From assembly GCA_002313895.1 (NCBI GenBank), contig DCAW01000005.1, forward strand, positions 17,358 through 69,678: a stretch of DNA of 52,321 nucleotides. Direction: 5' to 3'. A model generated the notes under the pieces. That model ran no database searches and had not been told where the DNA came from. It was given only the letters and a program-made list of their open reading frames with translations. The translations under genes and the position numbers were made by a program. Of this stretch, positions 1 through 9,201 are shown piece by piece; within the stretch, counting starts at the first letter, position 1; every line of letters starts with the position of its first letter. The stretch is from Dehalococcoidia bacterium UBA1123. GTDB lineage: Bacteria; Chloroflexota; Dehalococcoidia; Lucifugimonadales; UBA1123.

Positions 1-89
1 TGGATGCGACTAGAACTTCGACCCGTTACAATGATGCCATGCTCGACTGACCTGGCGGCGGCATTATTCATTCGCTGAGGTGTTTACCC

Positions 90-779
90 GTGGCTCAACA
101 ACCGATACAAACTTCCAACATAGAAATCGCGATCAACGGTCACAGCGTTCCCGCATACCAGTGCCTGCCAGTAGGAGACGGCCCTTTCCCCGGGGTTATA
201 GTAATTCAGGAATGGTGGGGGCTGGAACCCCACATCAAAGACATCACTGAACGTTATGCCAGGGAAGGCTATGCCGCCGTGGCGCCTGACCTTTACCACG
301 GCGAAGTCACATCAGAACCTGACGAAGCCAGAAAGCTGGTCATGGCCCTTGATCGCCCTCGCGCCGTCAGCGAGGTGGTGGGCACGGTAGGCTACATCAA
401 GAGCCAGGGATTCTCGAATGGCAAAGTCGGGACCGTAGGATACTGCATGGGCGGAGGATTATCGATCGCGACAGCCTGCAACACCGAAGATCTGGATGCC
501 GCGATCATCTACTACGGCAGCAATCCAGACGCGGACCAACTCGCTAACGTCACCTGCCCAGTCCTAGGATTGTACGGAGGCGACGACGACGGTATTCCGA
601 TTTCGACGATCGTTGACCTCAGCGTGGCGTTGGAGAAGAACGGCACGCCTTACGAGGTGCATATTTACGGAGCCGCGCCCCACGCATTCTTCAACGACAC
701 CCGCGAGAGTTACCGGGCTGAGGCTTCGGCGCATTCCTGGACATCCACGTTAGAGTTCTTCTCAAAAAATCTCTCCTAA
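90..779 (+). CDS. Dienelactone hydrolase family protein (carboxymethylenebutenolidase-like)
   Basis: GVIVIQEWWG, nucleophile elbow GYCMGG, C-terminal HAFFN catalytic His; GTG start after GAGG. Confidence 0.9.
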   Translation: MAQQPIQTSNIEIAINGHSVPAYQCLPVGDGPFPGVIVIQEWWGLEPHIKDITERYAREGYAAVAPDLYHGEVTSEPDEARKLVMALDRPRAVSEVVGTVGYIKSQGFSNGKVGTVGYCMGGGLSIATACNTEDLDAAIIYYGSNPDADQLANVTCPVLGLYGGDDDGIPISTIVDLSVALEKNGTPYEVHIYGAAPHAFFNDTRESYRAEASAHSWTSTLEFFSKNLS

Positions 780-812
780 AAAGCAAACGGTCTAACCTCA
801 GAATAGAATCCA

Positions 813-835
813 GCACAGTTGCATAACAACTGTGC
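813..835. promoter_or_regulatory. Perfect 9-bp inverted repeat (operator or hairpin)
   Basis: GCACAGTTG-cataa-CAACTGTGC; TGcTATCCT extended -10-like element follows at 851-859. Confidence 0.4.
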
Positions 836-940
836 CTCGCCATCGCTTGTTGCTATCCTGAACACCTAACGTCAGGTTGCCGCGTCGGGATATTGTCGAC
901 GCAATAGAACATTCGCTGCCCTCGCTGGAGGATGGCAAAC

Positions 941-1114
941 ATGGAACAGGATCGACGATTTTCGATTCCTGAATCGAAAGCGGCGCGTCTTGGAATTACA
1001 ATTGCGGGTTTCGCCAGTTTGTTATTGAGCGCTCTGATCACAGTGGGTTTAGTGAAGGGACCAGATACCGGAGATTCTTTCGTGCCCACGATCACAGGCC
1101 AATACTTGAGTTAG
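941..1114 (+). CDS. Small single-pass membrane protein (57 aa)
   Basis: GGAGG at 927-931, 9 nt before ATG 941; hydrophobic stretch LGITIAGFASLLLSALITVGLV; occupies otherwise empty intergenic space. Confidence 0.55.
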   Translation: MEQDRRFSIPESKAARLGITIAGFASLLLSALITVGLVKGPDTGDSFVPTITGQYLS

Positions 1115-1296
1115 CGGGGCGACAGACCGCTCACGAGTCTCGACTTCATCCAATCAACTCCTGCGTATAAGCAAGCGGAAAGTCAAAGCAATGACTATCC
1201 GAAAAGCACCGATGGCTTCTTTCTGCCTCAGAAACTCGGACGCTGAGTGTCTATTTTGGGCTGGAAGCAACCGTTCAGCTAACTTCGGAATATTTG

Positions 1297-1337
1297 AACA
1301 AAATAAAGGGCGCGCCTGTTATTCGCAGGCGCGCCCT
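1297..1337 (-). terminator. Intrinsic terminator of the act operon
   Basis: Perfect 12-bp stem AGGGCGCGCCTG/CAGGCGCGCCCT (1307-1337), followed on the minus strand by TTATTTTGTT, just downstream of the actE stop. Confidence 0.85.
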
Positions 1338-1360
1338 AATTCCTTGGTCGATAGAATCTT

Positions 1361-2011
1361 TTATTGTCCGCCGATAGCGCCTCGGATGTACGCCACAATC
1401 GCCCACCGTTCTTCTTCTGAGAGCAAGCGACGGAATTCCGGCATCGGCGATTGGGATTCTCCTCCCTGCAACACGGAGTTGCAGAAGTACCTGCCACCGC
1501 AGGAGATGAGTCCAAACAACTCGCCATCGGTCGAGTTTTTCGTCAGATCAAGCCTGAGGTTCGCAGGCACAGGGCCGTTGGTAACCATATAAGCTGCCGC
1601 AGGTCCAGTTCCGTCCAAGTTTTGGCCATGGCAAACCTGGCAGTTTACCGTGAACAACTTCTGACCCGACACGACGTCACTGCTGGTTCTCACAAGGTTT
1701 TTGTATTCATCTATCGACGCGTACACTACCTCTGCGCCCGTTATGGGAACAGAACCGTCGGGAGGAAGCAGCCTCGGCGATTCTTGTGTTCGGTAAGAAG
1801 GCTGATAGTGCATCTCGGTGAACACTTGAACCCGGTTGCTTCCGGTTTCAGGGAACGCCGGCAGTTTGAAATTGATTGCGCCGCCGATGTTCGCGTCACC
1901 AGTGTTACTATCATAACAACCCAGAGCGAACATTATCGCCATCAGGCCAACCGCCAAAGGCAGCCATCGACGATTTAGCAGTTGCGCGCGTTTGATTTGC
2001 GAGAGGGACAT
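1361..2011 (-). CDS. actE: Alternative complex III monoheme cytochrome c lipoprotein subunit ActE
   Basis: Lipobox FALGC, EMHYQPSY motif, single CQVCH heme site, distal Met in SPMPEF, ERWAIVAYIR C-terminus; operon context. Confidence 0.82.
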   Translation of the reverse strand: MSLSQIKRAQLLNRRWLPLAVGLMAIMFALGCYDSNTGDANIGGAINFKLPAFPETGSNRVQVFTEMHYQPSYRTQESPRLLPPDGSVPITGAEVVYASIDEYKNLVRTSSDVVSGQKLFTVNCQVCHGQNLDGTGPAAAYMVTNGPVPANLRLDLTKNSTDGELFGLISCGGRYFCNSVLQGGESQSPMPEFRRLLSEEERWAIVAYIRGAIGGQ

Positions 2012-2015
2012 AACT

Positions 2016-2537
2016 CTAGTTGTTCTCCCAGCCGCGTTTGACTTCTTCGGCCCCCGATGCGTTCAACACCTCTTCAGCGGTTCCGACTCGCTCCTCGGAG
2101 GTGGTGACAGTGACGCCGATATACCCTTCGGTAATTCGTTCGTCGTAAGCGCCCATGAATAGTCGGGGCAGCCTGGATTCTATGAGGATTCCGATCACCG
2201 TGAAGATGATGGCTCCCAACATTGTGCCTTCGTACATGATGATGGTCATGGGCGGTATAGATAGCACGGGTTTTCCGCCAGTCACCAATGGGTATGCCAG
2301 TTGAGTACCTGAAGTGAGAACCAACCCAACAATGAATCCGCAAGCGGCTCCGATGAGAGGCCACCTGTAGAGAGTATGTTTCGGCTCTTCTTCGCCGAAC
2401 GTCCCTTCGGGATAGGGAGTTCCGGTAAGCACTTCGTACTCGCCCTGGTCATATCCCGCCTCGCGCAACGCGTCAAGCGCGCTGGCCGCTGCTTCTTCAT
2501 CGGTGTACAGACCGATAACGCTTCTTTTTGCAAACAT
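2016..2537 (-). CDS. actD: Alternative complex III subunit ActD (DUF3341)
   Basis: Two TM helices around YPLVTGGKPVLSIPP...IIMYEGTML; follows the actC-like gene. Confidence 0.85.
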   Translation of the reverse strand: MFAKRSVIGLYTDEEAAASALDALREAGYDQGEYEVLTGTPYPEGTFGEEEPKHTLYRWPLIGAACGFIVGLVLTSGTQLAYPLVTGGKPVLSIPPMTIIMYEGTMLGAIIFTVIGILIESRLPRLFMGAYDERITEGYIGVTVTTSEERVGTAEEVLNASGAEEVKRGWENN

Positions 2538-2548
2538 AAAGGTGTTCC

Positions 2549-3922
2549 TTACTCGCGAATTGTTGCGGGCACGATGCGCCTGCCGATTTTGATTTCATCT
2601 CTCACCACCATGCCCTCTTTGATGTCAAAGATCGGTATCAGTGGGAAGAATTTCGAAAATAGCAACATGCCCAGTGCGACAAACGCGAACGTTTCCGCAA
2701 CTATTAATATTTCGATGATGCTCGGATGGTATGTCCCCCAATCGAATGTGAACGGCTGACGGCGCACAAGACCTGGAATAATTATCAAGAACCGCTCAAG
2801 CCACATGCCAACGTTAACTAACAGGGTTGTGAAGAACATCCAGAAGGCGCTGCGTCTTACGCTCTTGAACATCCACATAGGCACCGGGATAAAGAACGCG
2901 GTGGCGAGGAAGATCAAGAACAGCATGCCATAGGGCCACTGGAAAACTTGGAGCTCTCTCAGACTTATTTCCACTCCTTCCAGTGTGTAGAGGGCGAAAA
3001 CCCACTCAAGAAAGAAGAAGAAGAACCAGGTGGTGGCAACAACAATCAACAGTCGACCAATTGCGTCGAAATGATCCGGGCGCAAGTATTTGTCGAGGCC
3101 CCAGAGCCAGACTGACAACGCCATGAGCATCGCCACCGCTGAGACGCCTGAGTGAATCGCGCCAATAATGAAGTATGGAGCGAAGATGGTCGAATGCCAC
3201 CCCTCGACGCCGATCAGCACAGCAAAGTCCCATGACACGATGGAGTGGACAGAGACGAACACTGGCAGCACCAACGCCGACAGCAGAATGCCTGCTACTG
3301 CTTGCAGCTTCCATTGGCGTGGCGTGCCTCTCCAACCCAGGCACATCGTCCCGTATATCTTCTTGACCAGTGGGTTGACTGCCCTGTCTCTGATTACCGC
3401 AAGGTCGGGTATCAGAGCGATGAACACAAACAGCGAACTTGCGATCAGGTAAGTGCCCACCGCGCTGGGGTCCCAGACGAAAGGCGATCGCACGTTGGGC
3501 CATACTCCCCGAGCGAAGTCGTATGGGAACACCCACATTTCACGCCAGGGCCTTCCGACGTGGAATAGCGGTGTATGCAGTGCGGCCATCAACGAGAACA
3601 CCGTCATGACCTCGGCGGCCCTAGTCACGGGCCTACGCCACTCGGCCTGAGTTAACCTCAATATCGCCGATATCATGATTCCTGCGTGGCTGATGCCAAT
3701 CCAGAAAACGAAATTAACGATGAAAAAGCCCCACATCACTGGCCTGTTGAGACCGGTGACTCCAAGACCTTTGTTCATCATGTACCCAAAGGATCCCAGG
3801 CCAGCGAACACGACCAGCGTCAGAAATAACACTGCTGGCAGCCACCACTTGGGCATGCCGAGCACACCGGCCAGCAGGTCGTCGTTGATCTGTTTCTGAT
3901 CTAGCTGTATGTGATCCTGCAT
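2549..3922 (-). CDS. actC: Alternative complex III quinol-binding membrane subunit ActC (NrfD/PsrC family)
   Basis: NFVFWIGISHAG, RAAEVMTVF, HVGRPW, SPFVWD and VSVHSIVSWDFA motifs; about 10 TM helices. Confidence 0.9.
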   Translation of the reverse strand: MQDHIQLDQKQINDDLLAGVLGMPKWWLPAVLFLTLVVFAGLGSFGYMMNKGLGVTGLNRPVMWGFFIVNFVFWIGISHAGIMISAILRLTQAEWRRPVTRAAEVMTVFSLMAALHTPLFHVGRPWREMWVFPYDFARGVWPNVRSPFVWDPSAVGTYLIASSLFVFIALIPDLAVIRDRAVNPLVKKIYGTMCLGWRGTPRQWKLQAVAGILLSALVLPVFVSVHSIVSWDFAVLIGVEGWHSTIFAPYFIIGAIHSGVSAVAMLMALSVWLWGLDKYLRPDHFDAIGRLLIVVATTWFFFFFLEWVFALYTLEGVEISLRELQVFQWPYGMLFLIFLATAFFIPVPMWMFKSVRRSAFWMFFTTLLVNVGMWLERFLIIIPGLVRRQPFTFDWGTYHPSIIEILIVAETFAFVALGMLLFSKFFPLIPIFDIKEGMVVRDEIKIGRRIVPATIRE

Positions 3923-3992
3923 CTTGGCTTTCTTATAGTCCTAATTGTTGAATTGGGAAAATCATTGTGTGTGAATCGTGCCTGTGATTCAA

Positions 3993-5402
3993 TTAATCGG
4001 GTTTGCCCAACACCTTGACCACGGTCCTGTGGAAGGTCTTATGGATTTCGTAGAGCTTTAATTCTCTCTGTTCCCAAATATTGACGATCGGTATCAGACG
4101 AGTGGCCATAAGAAATATGAACACCATCCCGCCCAGGGCTCCAAGCATTATGAAAATGTCGGCGAGCGACGGATAAATAGTTTCCGGTATTTCCACTACG
4201 ACGTGCTTGTTAATCGCCGGGTTTCCAATACCATCGATCGAGTACGCTGAGACGTACAGGCGTATCCTGTCGAGGAACGTCCCTATTAACACGCTTGCCG
4301 CGATTATTGGCGGACCCCAAGTGCTGCGGCGCAGAGGGTTCCACATCATTGTCCACATTGGGAATAAGAAGTTAAAGAAGAACACTCCGAAGAACGCCCA
4401 TCTGTACGGGCCGGACATCAGAAGTTCGATAATCGCCTGTTCCTCCGGCTTCCCGCCATACCAGAATATGTTAAAGCTGGAGAACCAGAACCAGAACCAA
4501 AGCAACGAAAGAGCAAACAGAAGCTTGCCCAGCGCCCAAATCTGGTCAAATGCGATGTAGTCCTTGTAACCGCCAAACTTATAAAGCGCCCAGATTGTGA
4601 GCAGCACAGTGGCCACGCCTGCCTGAAGGCCGTTGGCGGCATGAGTTATCGGGAACAGAGAGTCTACCCAGCCCGGAACCAGTGTGATCAAGAAGTCCAC
4701 GCTGATGAGGAAATGGACGAATATCAACATCATGAAATAGAAAGCGCCAAGTATGCCCAGGCGGTGTTTTTGCATGTTCCATTGAGCGGAACTGCCAATC
4801 CAGCCTCGCGCCAATCGAGTGGCCCAGCGTTTCTTCCATCCATCTGGAGCGTGATCTCGAACCATCGCAAAGTCCGGCAAAGCGGACATCCAGAGCAGAG
4901 CGACCCCAATTACCACGAGTCCCAAAATAGCCAGGGTGCTCCATATGTGCGGTGAGTATGAGGGAACGTCGCCGCCGTCGAAGTAAAACCACAGCGACCG
5001 CCGTCCATCGCTCAATGGTGGCAGAATCCACAGCATTGGGATGAACAAAAGCAGGTTAAACAGGCCAACCACGGTCCAGAGTTCAGCGACCCGGGATATG
5101 GGCCTGCGCCAGTGGGCCTTGGCTATCCGTGGCGCGATTGCCACCATAGGGGCAGACTGAGCAGTTGTCAGGATAAAAGCGAACATTGCCGCATAATAAC
5201 CCCAGACCGCCGTGTCACTGACACCATCGGAGAGCCGCATCACGAACCCAATAATGCCTAGAATCAACAAGATTCCGAACACGGAGGCGACGCGCCAGAA
5301 ATTGTTCGACGTGCCTTCGTGTTTGCCTAGCAGGTCTTTCGTGACATCTTCAGCGGTGACCAGCGCGGGGTTGCCCGGATGCTCGGCGTGTCCACTAGCC
5401 AT
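3993..5402 (-). CDS. actF: Alternative complex III membrane subunit ActF (NrfD paralog)
   Basis: Polytopic NrfD-like protein (WRRPISRVAEL, LGKLLFAL) lacking the ActC HxGRPW/SPxxWD motifs. Confidence 0.75.
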   Translation of the reverse strand: MASGHAEHPGNPALVTAEDVTKDLLGKHEGTSNNFWRVASVFGILLILGIIGFVMRLSDGVSDTAVWGYYAAMFAFILTTAQSAPMVAIAPRIAKAHWRRPISRVAELWTVVGLFNLLLFIPMLWILPPLSDGRRSLWFYFDGGDVPSYSPHIWSTLAILGLVVIGVALLWMSALPDFAMVRDHAPDGWKKRWATRLARGWIGSSAQWNMQKHRLGILGAFYFMMLIFVHFLISVDFLITLVPGWVDSLFPITHAANGLQAGVATVLLTIWALYKFGGYKDYIAFDQIWALGKLLFALSLLWFWFWFSSFNIFWYGGKPEEQAIIELLMSGPYRWAFFGVFFFNFLFPMWTMMWNPLRRSTWGPPIIAASVLIGTFLDRIRLYVSAYSIDGIGNPAINKHVVVEIPETIYPSLADIFIMLGALGGMVFIFLMATRLIPIVNIWEQRELKLYEIHKTFHRTVVKVLGKPD

Positions 5403-6183
5403 GTGTGATTACTTCCTTGCGGTGTTCGTCAACTTTACGCAAATATACTACCGAAGGGTTGGTGCCGAGCTGTTCCCTCAGCCTGTAACCTCGACCGCCG
5501 TCTTCCTCCAGTTCCTTTTTGACCTTGGCGCCGGCTTTGCTCTTAGGTTCGTCCGGCAACCTGGTCCCTTCCTTCACAGCAGTCAGGACGTCAATCATGT
5601 CGCCAAATTCCAAAGTCTGGGTTGGGCAAGCGTTGACGCAGGCTGGATTCAGGCCTCTCTCCAACTCGGCGTCGGATTTGTCGATGCCAGCTTGGGCAGC
5701 CTTGCGGCCTGTCCGGCGGATACGCTGTACGCAGAAAGTGCATTTTTCCATGATTCCGCGACTGCGGACCGTAACGTCGGGGTTGAGTTGGTTCTTAAGA
5801 CTATCGGGCCACTCAGGCTCCCAGAAGTTGAAAAATCTGACGTGATATGGGCAACCATTCGCGCAAAATCTTGTGCCGATGCAACGGTTATACACTTGGA
5901 CATTAAGACCTTCGTTATTGTGATAGGTCGCGAATACTGGGCAGACGGGCTCGCAGGGAGCGTCCGCGCAGTGTTGGCACAGAATCGGGATGAATCGCGC
6001 TTTGACATCCGGAAATTCACCTTCCCAGTAACGCTCAATTCGAATCCACTCAATTGCGCGACGCTGGTTGAACAGGCCTTCGTCGTTGATGGGGATATTG
6101 TTTTCGGATTGACATGCAACCACGCAGGCCTGACAGCCTGTGCATTTGTCCAGGTCAATTACCATTCCCCAGCTTTCTGCCAT
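5395..6183 (-). CDS. actB: ACIII iron-sulfur subunit ActB2 (NrfC/PsrB-like; 3x[4Fe-4S] plus 1x[3Fe-4S])
   Basis: CTGCQACVVAC, CQHCADAPCEPVCP, CIGTRFCANGCP (Cys-to-Thr, [3Fe-4S] type as in ACIII), CTFC...PACVNACP; NPDVTVRSRGIMEKC. Confidence 0.9.
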   Translation of the reverse strand: MAESWGMVIDLDKCTGCQACVVACQSENNIPINDEGLFNQRRAIEWIRIERYWEGEFPDVKARFIPILCQHCADAPCEPVCPVFATYHNNEGLNVQVYNRCIGTRFCANGCPYHVRFFNFWEPEWPDSLKNQLNPDVTVRSRGIMEKCTFCVQRIRRTGRKAAQAGIDKSDAELERGLNPACVNACPTQTLEFGDMIDVLTAVKEGTRLPDEPKSKAGAKVKKELEEDGGRGYRLREQLGTNPSVVYLRKVDEHRKEVITHG

Positions 6184-6256
6184 TTTGTTCCGCTCCTAAT
6201 TCGGGGGCGTTCCCCCATCGAAGACGCCTTAATTCTTGAAAGGCGTCCGCTCGTTA

Positions 6257-8518
6257 TTAACTGTCGTCGCTGGTTATTTCTATGACCAGACCTTCTTCGT
6301 CTTCGGGCGGGTCTGAAACCGAGTTTTCGAACTTGGGCAGCCGGATCCATTTGTCCAGCTTTTCGATGCCGACCCGGGTTGCCGACCACGCCAGCGCTCC
6401 GGTGCTTTCATCCGTCAGGTCAGACAATATGGAGAACACGTTCGCCCCTCGTCCCTCCGCATAGCGACCGCCTGCGACATGACCTTGTCCCATCGGTATC
6501 GCGACAACACCCGGCGGGATGCCGGGGTGAGGGTACGCGAGGGCTTCTATTGAGCCTCGCGGGGATGTCACGCGAACAACATCGCCCTCCCGCAAGTCTA
6601 AATCTTCGGCGATTTGGATATTGATCTCCACCCATGTCAACCATGTTGCGCTGGTTATCGGGTCAGGAGTCGCCTGCAACCACGGGATGTGAGCCCCCTG
6701 ACCTTCTCCGATTCCCGTTGAGGAAAATGGCGACAGATGGAAATTAAATCTTCCAGGAGTTGCGGGATCGAATCTAGGCTCTTCAGCCTCAGGAAGCCGC
6801 TGAGGCGCGGGAACTCCGCCGCTGGCCTTGGCGTTTACGTCCCACCATCCGCCGCGCTGCAACATGCCATTCCAGAACGATTTGAAGTCCCCTGCTCTGA
6901 CCGAGCCTCGGTTCAGAGCAAACAACTTTTCGGCGCTGCCCTGCAAAACGTCTTTGTAAGTTTCGCCCGCCAAACCCAGGTCGAGACTCAAACCTTGAGC
7001 TGCGGCCAGGAGAATGTCAGCGAAGCCTCTCGTTCCCAGATGTTCACCGCGACCTTCAAAGAATGGCCTGACCACTGGCTGCTGGAAGCCGACGATCTCG
7101 TAACCGGGTCCAGCGTCCGGCGTGTCGGTGCCCCAGTCCTCGAAAGAGTTGTGCTCTGGCAGCACGATGTCGGCCATTGCCGTGGTGTCGTCCATTATGT
7201 TCGAGAAGCTGACAATAACCGGGACGTCGTATGAAGCGTCTCTGAATCCGAGCGTGCCAGGGAGGCCGTGCATAGGGTCAGCCCCTCGCACCATCATAAG
7301 GCCTACGTCTCCGGACCGCATGTCGTTGACCAAGTCAGCCCAGTCCTGATAGCTGCTTGAAGAAGGCGCGTTGGCGATCTCACTGAGAGGCGGGGCGGGG
7401 TTGAACACCACACCGCCGGGTTGCCCCACGCTCCCTACAAGATAATTCAGGGAGTATATCGCCGTCAGGTTGAACAGTCCGTTTGTATGCGCTCCTGCTG
7501 AACCTCCACCCAATGCAATTGCAGGCTTGTGGCTGGCGAAATCGTGGGCGACTTGTTCGATTGTCTCCGCGGAAACGCCTGTCTTCGCGGCGACAGATTC
7601 CGGAGCGAATTCTTCGAGGTTGGAACCGCCAGTCAGGGCCTGTGCAGCCGCTGGGTCGGCCAGCCCATCTTTGATAATGACGTGTGCGATGCTAAGAGCA
7701 AGGATGCCTTCCATTCCAGGCTTAACGTGAATCCACGAATCTGCGTTGGCTCCGGTCATCGAGAATCGAGAATCTACATGGACCAGTGTGCCACGTTCCC
7801 GGTCGCCCTGTCGGAACTCGCCGTATCCGCGGGCGTAACGTGTCGGAGATACCCATGTGTTCAGGAAATCCGCGCCGAACGAGAGCACGTAGTTTGCGTT
7901 TTCAATTTCGAAGTCAGGTATTCGGTCTTGGCCGAACACTTGCTTGATGGCAGCTTTGAGGTTGGTCCGTTCGACGGGTTCATAAGGCATGTACCGTCCG
8001 CCGAATTTGGAGGCGAACGTCTCGGCGATCATGCCAAGATGGCCTCCGATCGGGTTGGTGACCAACACCATCGAGTTCTGGTTTCGACTGGATTGGAGTT
8101 GGCTCAGTTGGAGATTCAACCTGCCCAGGGCGTCAGTCCAGCTCACCTCTTCGTACTGGCCCGTTCCGCGTTCTCCCGATCGAAGCAAAGGGCCTTTGAT
8201 TCTGTCTGGGTGATACAGGTCTTGCAAGCCGCCCTCACAACGAGCGCTGTGCTTGCCCATATTGATCGGATAATCCAGATTGCCCTCGACTTTTTTGGCT
8301 CGACCTTCCATGACTCGAACCACGACGCCTTCGCTTGTGCCGCACTGTCGGCACAGTGTCGCGTACCAGTTGTCCAATCCAGACACCAGGTCTTCAGGCA
8401 TCTCCAAAGGCGCTTCTACCAGCAACTCCTCGGCGGGGACGCCGCACGCCAGAAATATTATGGGCGCCGCAGTGGCGCCGCCGGTCAGAGTCAGAAATTG
8501 TCTTCGTGTGAGGGCCAT
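6257..8518 (-). CDS. actB: ACIII subunit ActB1, molybdopterin-oxidoreductase fold, Tat lipoprotein
   Basis: Start at ATG 8518 gives twin-arginine signal MALTRRQFL and lipobox FLAC; DMSO-reductase-family motifs (LYHPDRIKGP, ADIVLP, C-terminal binding domain). Confidence 0.85.
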   Translation of the reverse strand: MALTRRQFLTLTGGATAAPIIFLACGVPAEELLVEAPLEMPEDLVSGLDNWYATLCRQCGTSEGVVVRVMEGRAKKVEGNLDYPINMGKHSARCEGGLQDLYHPDRIKGPLLRSGERGTGQYEEVSWTDALGRLNLQLSQLQSSRNQNSMVLVTNPIGGHLGMIAETFASKFGGRYMPYEPVERTNLKAAIKQVFGQDRIPDFEIENANYVLSFGADFLNTWVSPTRYARGYGEFRQGDRERGTLVHVDSRFSMTGANADSWIHVKPGMEGILALSIAHVIIKDGLADPAAAQALTGGSNLEEFAPESVAAKTGVSAETIEQVAHDFASHKPAIALGGGSAGAHTNGLFNLTAIYSLNYLVGSVGQPGGVVFNPAPPLSEIANAPSSSSYQDWADLVNDMRSGDVGLMMVRGADPMHGLPGTLGFRDASYDVPVIVSFSNIMDDTTAMADIVLPEHNSFEDWGTDTPDAGPGYEIVGFQQPVVRPFFEGRGEHLGTRGFADILLAAAQGLSLDLGLAGETYKDVLQGSAEKLFALNRGSVRAGDFKSFWNGMLQRGGWWDVNAKASGGVPAPQRLPEAEEPRFDPATPGRFNFHLSPFSSTGIGEGQGAHIPWLQATPDPITSATWLTWVEINIQIAEDLDLREGDVVRVTSPRGSIEALAYPHPGIPPGVVAIPMGQGHVAGGRYAEGRGANVFSILSDLTDESTGALAWSATRVGIEKLDKWIRLPKFENSVSDPPEDEEGLVIEITSDDS

Positions 8519-8534
8519 AGTTTTGCTTGAGCCT

Positions 8535-9152
8535 TTAGTAGTGGCAGGTAGTGCAGTCGGTTGGCGCCCCGTTATCTCGGTGGCAGTCAACACAGTCGCT
8601 CATTTTGAGTGGCTTGACCTGGGACACCTGGGTCATGCTCGCCACGTCTCCGTGGCAGGTTGAACATACAGCAGACGGCAGTATTCCGTCCCTTTCCGAG
8701 AAAAACGAGATGTGCGCTTCGTGAACGAAATGAACGTGGTCCGGAACCCTGTGGACCCTGACCCAAGGTATCGCGTCGCCAGCCTCGGCTATTGCGCGAA
8801 GTTTTTCGATTTCATCGTTGCCGTCACCAACTGTTTTGTGGCAGGTCAGGCACAATCCCACTGCTGGGATAGTGGCCGCTGCTCCCTTAGTGACGTTCCT
8901 GTGGCAGAAAGTGCAATCAAGACCGAGCTGCCCTGGTTGAGTCCCGGCATGAATCGTATGCGGGTACGCGATCGGCTGGTCAGGCCCGTCGTCATTTCCG
9001 AATATCACTGGCTGACCGAACCAAGCGGTCATGACGAACACCAGGACGAGAGCAGTGACAATAAACCCGCCGAGGCCTAAGATGCCCATGATCGCCATCA
9101 AAAGCATCTGCTTGGCGGGCGGTTTTTTGTATTGGAAGTCCCCTGGTATCAA
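8535..9152 (-). CDS. actA: ACIII pentaheme cytochrome c subunit ActA
   Basis: N-terminal TM helix; five CxxCH motifs (CTFCH, CLTCH, CSTCH, CVDCH, CTTCH); QPIAYPHTIHAG and WVRVHRVPDHVHFVH motifs. Confidence 0.9.
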   Translation of the reverse strand: MIPGDFQYKKPPAKQMLLMAIMGILGLGGFIVTALVLVFVMTAWFGQPVIFGNDDGPDQPIAYPHTIHAGTQPGQLGLDCTFCHRNVTKGAAATIPAVGLCLTCHKTVGDGNDEIEKLRAIAEAGDAIPWVRVHRVPDHVHFVHEAHISFFSERDGILPSAVCSTCHGDVASMTQVSQVKPLKMSDCVDCHRDNGAPTDCTTCHY

Positions 9153-9201
9153 ATTCCCATCATCCTGAATATCGAGTTAACGACGTTTTTGGGCTGCCAG
9201 T

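Noticed and set aside
780-830. Resemblance to a c-di-GMP-I riboswitch (GCAAA...GGTCTAA...AGC..GTTGC)
   Set aside because: The GNRA-capped first stem is missing and would overlap the upstream CDS; only an Infernal search could rescue it.
6257-8518. Catalytic molybdoenzyme (polysulfide, nitrate or formate type)
   Set aside because: FS0 motif is degenerate and the actA/C/D/E/F context indicates ACIII; Mo binding cannot be fully excluded by eye.
5212-8530. Long plus-strand ORFs 5212..6285 and 7529..8530
   Set aside because: Antisense shadows of actB2/actB1 with no recognisable motifs.
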